64,000 bases of DNA, taken from the NCBI GenBank assembly GCA_963740275.1, contig CAVUDT010000003.1, forward strand, positions 205,898-269,897, in the 5' to 3' direction. This DNA comes from an uncultured Acidobacteriota bacterium. Its GTDB lineage: Bacteria > Acidobacteriota > Vicinamibacteria > Vicinamibacterales > 2-12-FULL-66-21. Positions 61,692 to 64,000 of the stretch are shown here, piece after piece (position 1 is the stretch's first letter; each line of letters opens with the position of its first letter). Under the pieces are notes generated by a model that was given only the letters and a program-made list of their open reading frames with translations, was not told the origin of the DNA and made no database searches. The position numbers and the translations under genes are program-made.

Positions 61692-64000
61692 TCCGGCGTC
61701 TGGATCCGCGGCGCGCTATTTTCGTACTCTGGACGTCGGTCGTCGTGTACTGGAACTTCCCGTCCTTGAGCATCTTCATCGCCTCGTCGATGGCCGTCTT
61801 CAGCTCACGGTCGAACCCCTTGAGCTCGTCTTCGGGGGTGTTCTCGACCCACACGTCCGGCGCGACGCCGTAGTTCTCGAGGTTGATCCCGTAGTTGTTC
61901 GGCTTGGTCGGATCGTAGGTGACCACCAGCGACCCCGGCGTCCGGATGGTGCCGCCGTTGATCAGGCGGTAGGACCCGGTCGCGATCACCGCCGCCGCCG
62001 TCGGGTTGCCGACGATCCGCCCGAGACCGAGCTGGTGGAACGCCATCGGCGTCACTTCGCTGTCGGATCCGGAGCGGCTGTTGATCATCATCACCTTCGG
62101 GTCCGGCGATCGCCTGGCGCGGGCGGCGGCCCCAGGTGCGTGAGCCCCAGCGGTTGTTCCAGTACTCGTACGGGACGCCGCTCGAGGATGTCGATGATCT
62201 CCTGGTCGATGTTGCCGCCGCCGTTGAAGCGGATGTCGACGATGATCCCCTTCTTGTTCGAGAACTGGTTGATTTCGTTCTCGAACCGGCGCAGCGACGG
62301 CGGCGTTCATCGAGCGGATGTGGACGTAGGCGATCTGGCCGTTCGTCTCGCTTGTCCACCATCGCGCGCCTGGCTTCGCACCCACTCTTCGTACTTGATG
62401 TCGTTGAGGGTGGTGACCGTGCCGATGCGCAGCTTGCGCACCGGCGCGCCGGTCGGCGCCGCGGCCGCGGTCACGGTGACGTACTCGTTCAGCGGGCTGT
62501 TGAGCAGCGACCAGTAGTTGTCGCCGGCCTTTACCGGCGTCCCGTCGATCGCCAGGATGTAGTCGCCGACCTTCAGCTCGAGCCATTCCTTGTCGGCGGG
62601 GCCGTCGCGGTAGATGTGCGCGACCCGGTAGAGGCCGTTCGAGCGGCTCGAGCTCGAAGCCGGGATGGCGGGTCTGGTAGGCGTCTTCGATCACCCGGCT
62701 CGGCGGGCCGCTGACGCCGGTATGCGAGGCGTTGAGCTCGCCGATCATCTCGTTGGCGAGGTCGTAGACATCCTGGTTCTCGCCGACGTACTTGAGCAGC
62801 GGTTCGTACTTGGCGCTGCATCGCCGCCCAGTCGCGGCCGTGCATCTTCTCGTCGTAGAAGCGGTACTTCATGACCCGCCAGCTCTCGTCGAGGATCTGC
62901 GCCCATTCGGCGCGCTGGTCGACCTTTACCGAGAACGCGAACATCACCTGCGTCTTGCGGCGCTCGCCGGTGAGCTCCATGTGATAGACGTCCTGGTTCT
63001 GCGTGTAGAAGATCTTGCGGCGGTCCTTGGTCGGCGTGAGCCCCTGGAACGGTCCGTCCGAGATCCGCCGCCGGTCCTTGCCTTCGATGGTGATGGTGAA
63101 AAGTCCGGGGCCGCGTTCGTCGGCGGAGCGGAAGTAGATCACCTTGCCGTCGGCCGAGAGGAAATACGCCTGGATCGCCTGTTCGCCGGTGGTCAGCTGA
63201 ACGGCGCGGCGGTCGATGCGGGTGGTGTCGACAGTGAGCGGAGTCGGCGCCGGGGCCGGTCCGGGCGTCGGGGCCGGGGCGTTGCCTTGAGCCGGTGCGT
63301 TGCCGGGAGCCTGCGCATTGCCTGGTGCCGGCGGGGCCGCCGGGGTCTGGCCGCCGCGGTCACCGCGCGCCGGCGCAGCCTTCTTCAGACGCTCACGGAC
63401 CAGCGGATCGTTCGGGTCCTCCTTCTGGCGGTCGAGCGGCACGCTGAAGAGATGGGCGACCCCGGCTTCGCGATCCGAGATGAAGACGACCGACTTGCCG
63501 TCCGGCGTGACCGTGCCGCGCGAGTCGTTGAACGGGTTGGCGGTGAGGTTGTGTTCCTTCTTCGTCGCGATCTCGAACAGATACACATCCGAGTTCTGGT
63601 CGTCGTCACGCCGCGTGTAGATCAGCCACTTGCTGTCGGGGGAGAAGCCGGACAGCTGATAGCCGCCCGGCCTCGTTGTAGGCCACCTCGACGGAGTTGG
63701 TGCCGTCGGGGTCCACCATGAAGAGCCGGTTCGCCGCGACGTAGGCGAGCTTCTTCGAATCGGGAGACCAGGTGGTGGATTCCTTGAAAGACGGATGGGT
63801 GCTGACCTTCTTGCGCGCATTGGTGGTGCGATCGAAGATCCAGACCTCCTGTTCTTTCGACTCGTCGGAGACGTAGGCCAGGTAGCGGCCGTCGGGAGAG
63901 AAGGTGCCCCCCTGATCGCGCCACGACGAGCTCGTCACCTGGGTCTTCTCGCCGATCTCGCTGTCGGTCGGCACCACGAAGATCTCGCCGCGGAAGTCGA
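61681..64000 (-). pseudogene. tricorn-protease-like S41 peptidase (PD40 beta-propellers, PDZ, S41 C-terminal domain); 5' end beyond the window; at least 8 frame breaks
   Basis: The C-terminus is KVMMINSRSGSDSEV...NGGTIRTPGSLVV...ENYGVAPDVWVENTPEDELKGFDRELKTAIDEAMKML (track 61681..62748). The PDZ region NGLYRVAHIYRDGPADKEWLELKVGDYILAIDGTPV is in an unlisted frame. LRRFENEINQFSNKKGIIVDIRFNGGGNIDQEIIDILERR, PYEYWNNRWGS and ETNGQIAYVHIRSMN each lie in different frames. Propeller parts SGFSPDSKWLIYTRRDDDQNSDVYLFE and FSPDGRYLAYVSDE are in tracks 62573..63820 and 63606..63977. Confidence 0.8.

Noticed and set aside
55280-64000. Programmed ribosomal frameshifting as the explanation for the split genes
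   Set aside because: There are far too many events, in unrelated genes and in both directions. No slippery heptamer or downstream pseudoknot pattern appears at the junctions. Several junctions sit in homopolymer runs typical of indel errors.
1-64000. tRNA, rRNA and other structured RNA genes, IS elements and prophage genes
   Set aside because: Scanning the intergenic spacers by eye showed no cloverleaf-like segment with a GTTCRANYC T-arm, no rRNA-like conserved blocks, and no transposase, integrase or phage-like ORFs. A covariance-model search would be needed to exclude small RNAs.

Overview
GC-rich chromosomal segment of about 64 kb. The gene content suggests Acidobacteriota (inference): two orphan ADOP-type duplicated FtsX/MacB-like permeases, a VWFA-related domain protein coupled by a 1-nt overlap to a CarboxypepD_reg/TonB-dependent receptor, a tricorn-like protease, and many Gly/Pro/Arg low-complexity inserts. 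I call about 55 protein genes. They include two histidine kinases; OmpR-type, CheY-like (x3), REC-PilZ and sigma-54-dependent regulators; a MacA-like adaptor plus a Spy/CpxP-like protein; a leucine-catabolism operon (MCC beta, enoyl-CoA hydratase, MCC alpha, HMG-CoA lyase); MlaE/MlaF/MlaD-OmpA; a YtxH/DUF948 stress cluster; RecQ; PdxH; an ECF sigma/anti-sigma pair; and several peptidases. I recognised no rRNA, tRNA, CRISPR array, transposase, integrase or phage gene. Three signals are not explained by ordinary annotation. (1) Short-period (7-10 nt, plus one 19 nt) tandem arrays sit at gene 3' ends in six intergenic spacers, mostly as an inverted G/T-rich arm plus a C/A-rich arm. The largest is a ~510-nt GTGC/GCAC structure at 54768-55279, and a GGGTGCGG/CCGCACCC motif is shared by loci 19 kb apart. 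(2) An in-frame TGA sits exactly at the CxxC-equivalent position of a signal-peptide-bearing double thioredoxin-fold protein, making it a candidate selenoprotein. (3) Single-base frameshifts are distributed very unevenly: none seen in 1.4-20.2 kb or 28.9-45.7 kb, but at least 20 in 55.3-64 kb. They split otherwise perfectly conserved genes. This points to local consensus error or very recent decay, and it must be resolved before any biology is built on those genes. Coordinates of non-ORF features are hand-counted and may be off by 1-2 nt.
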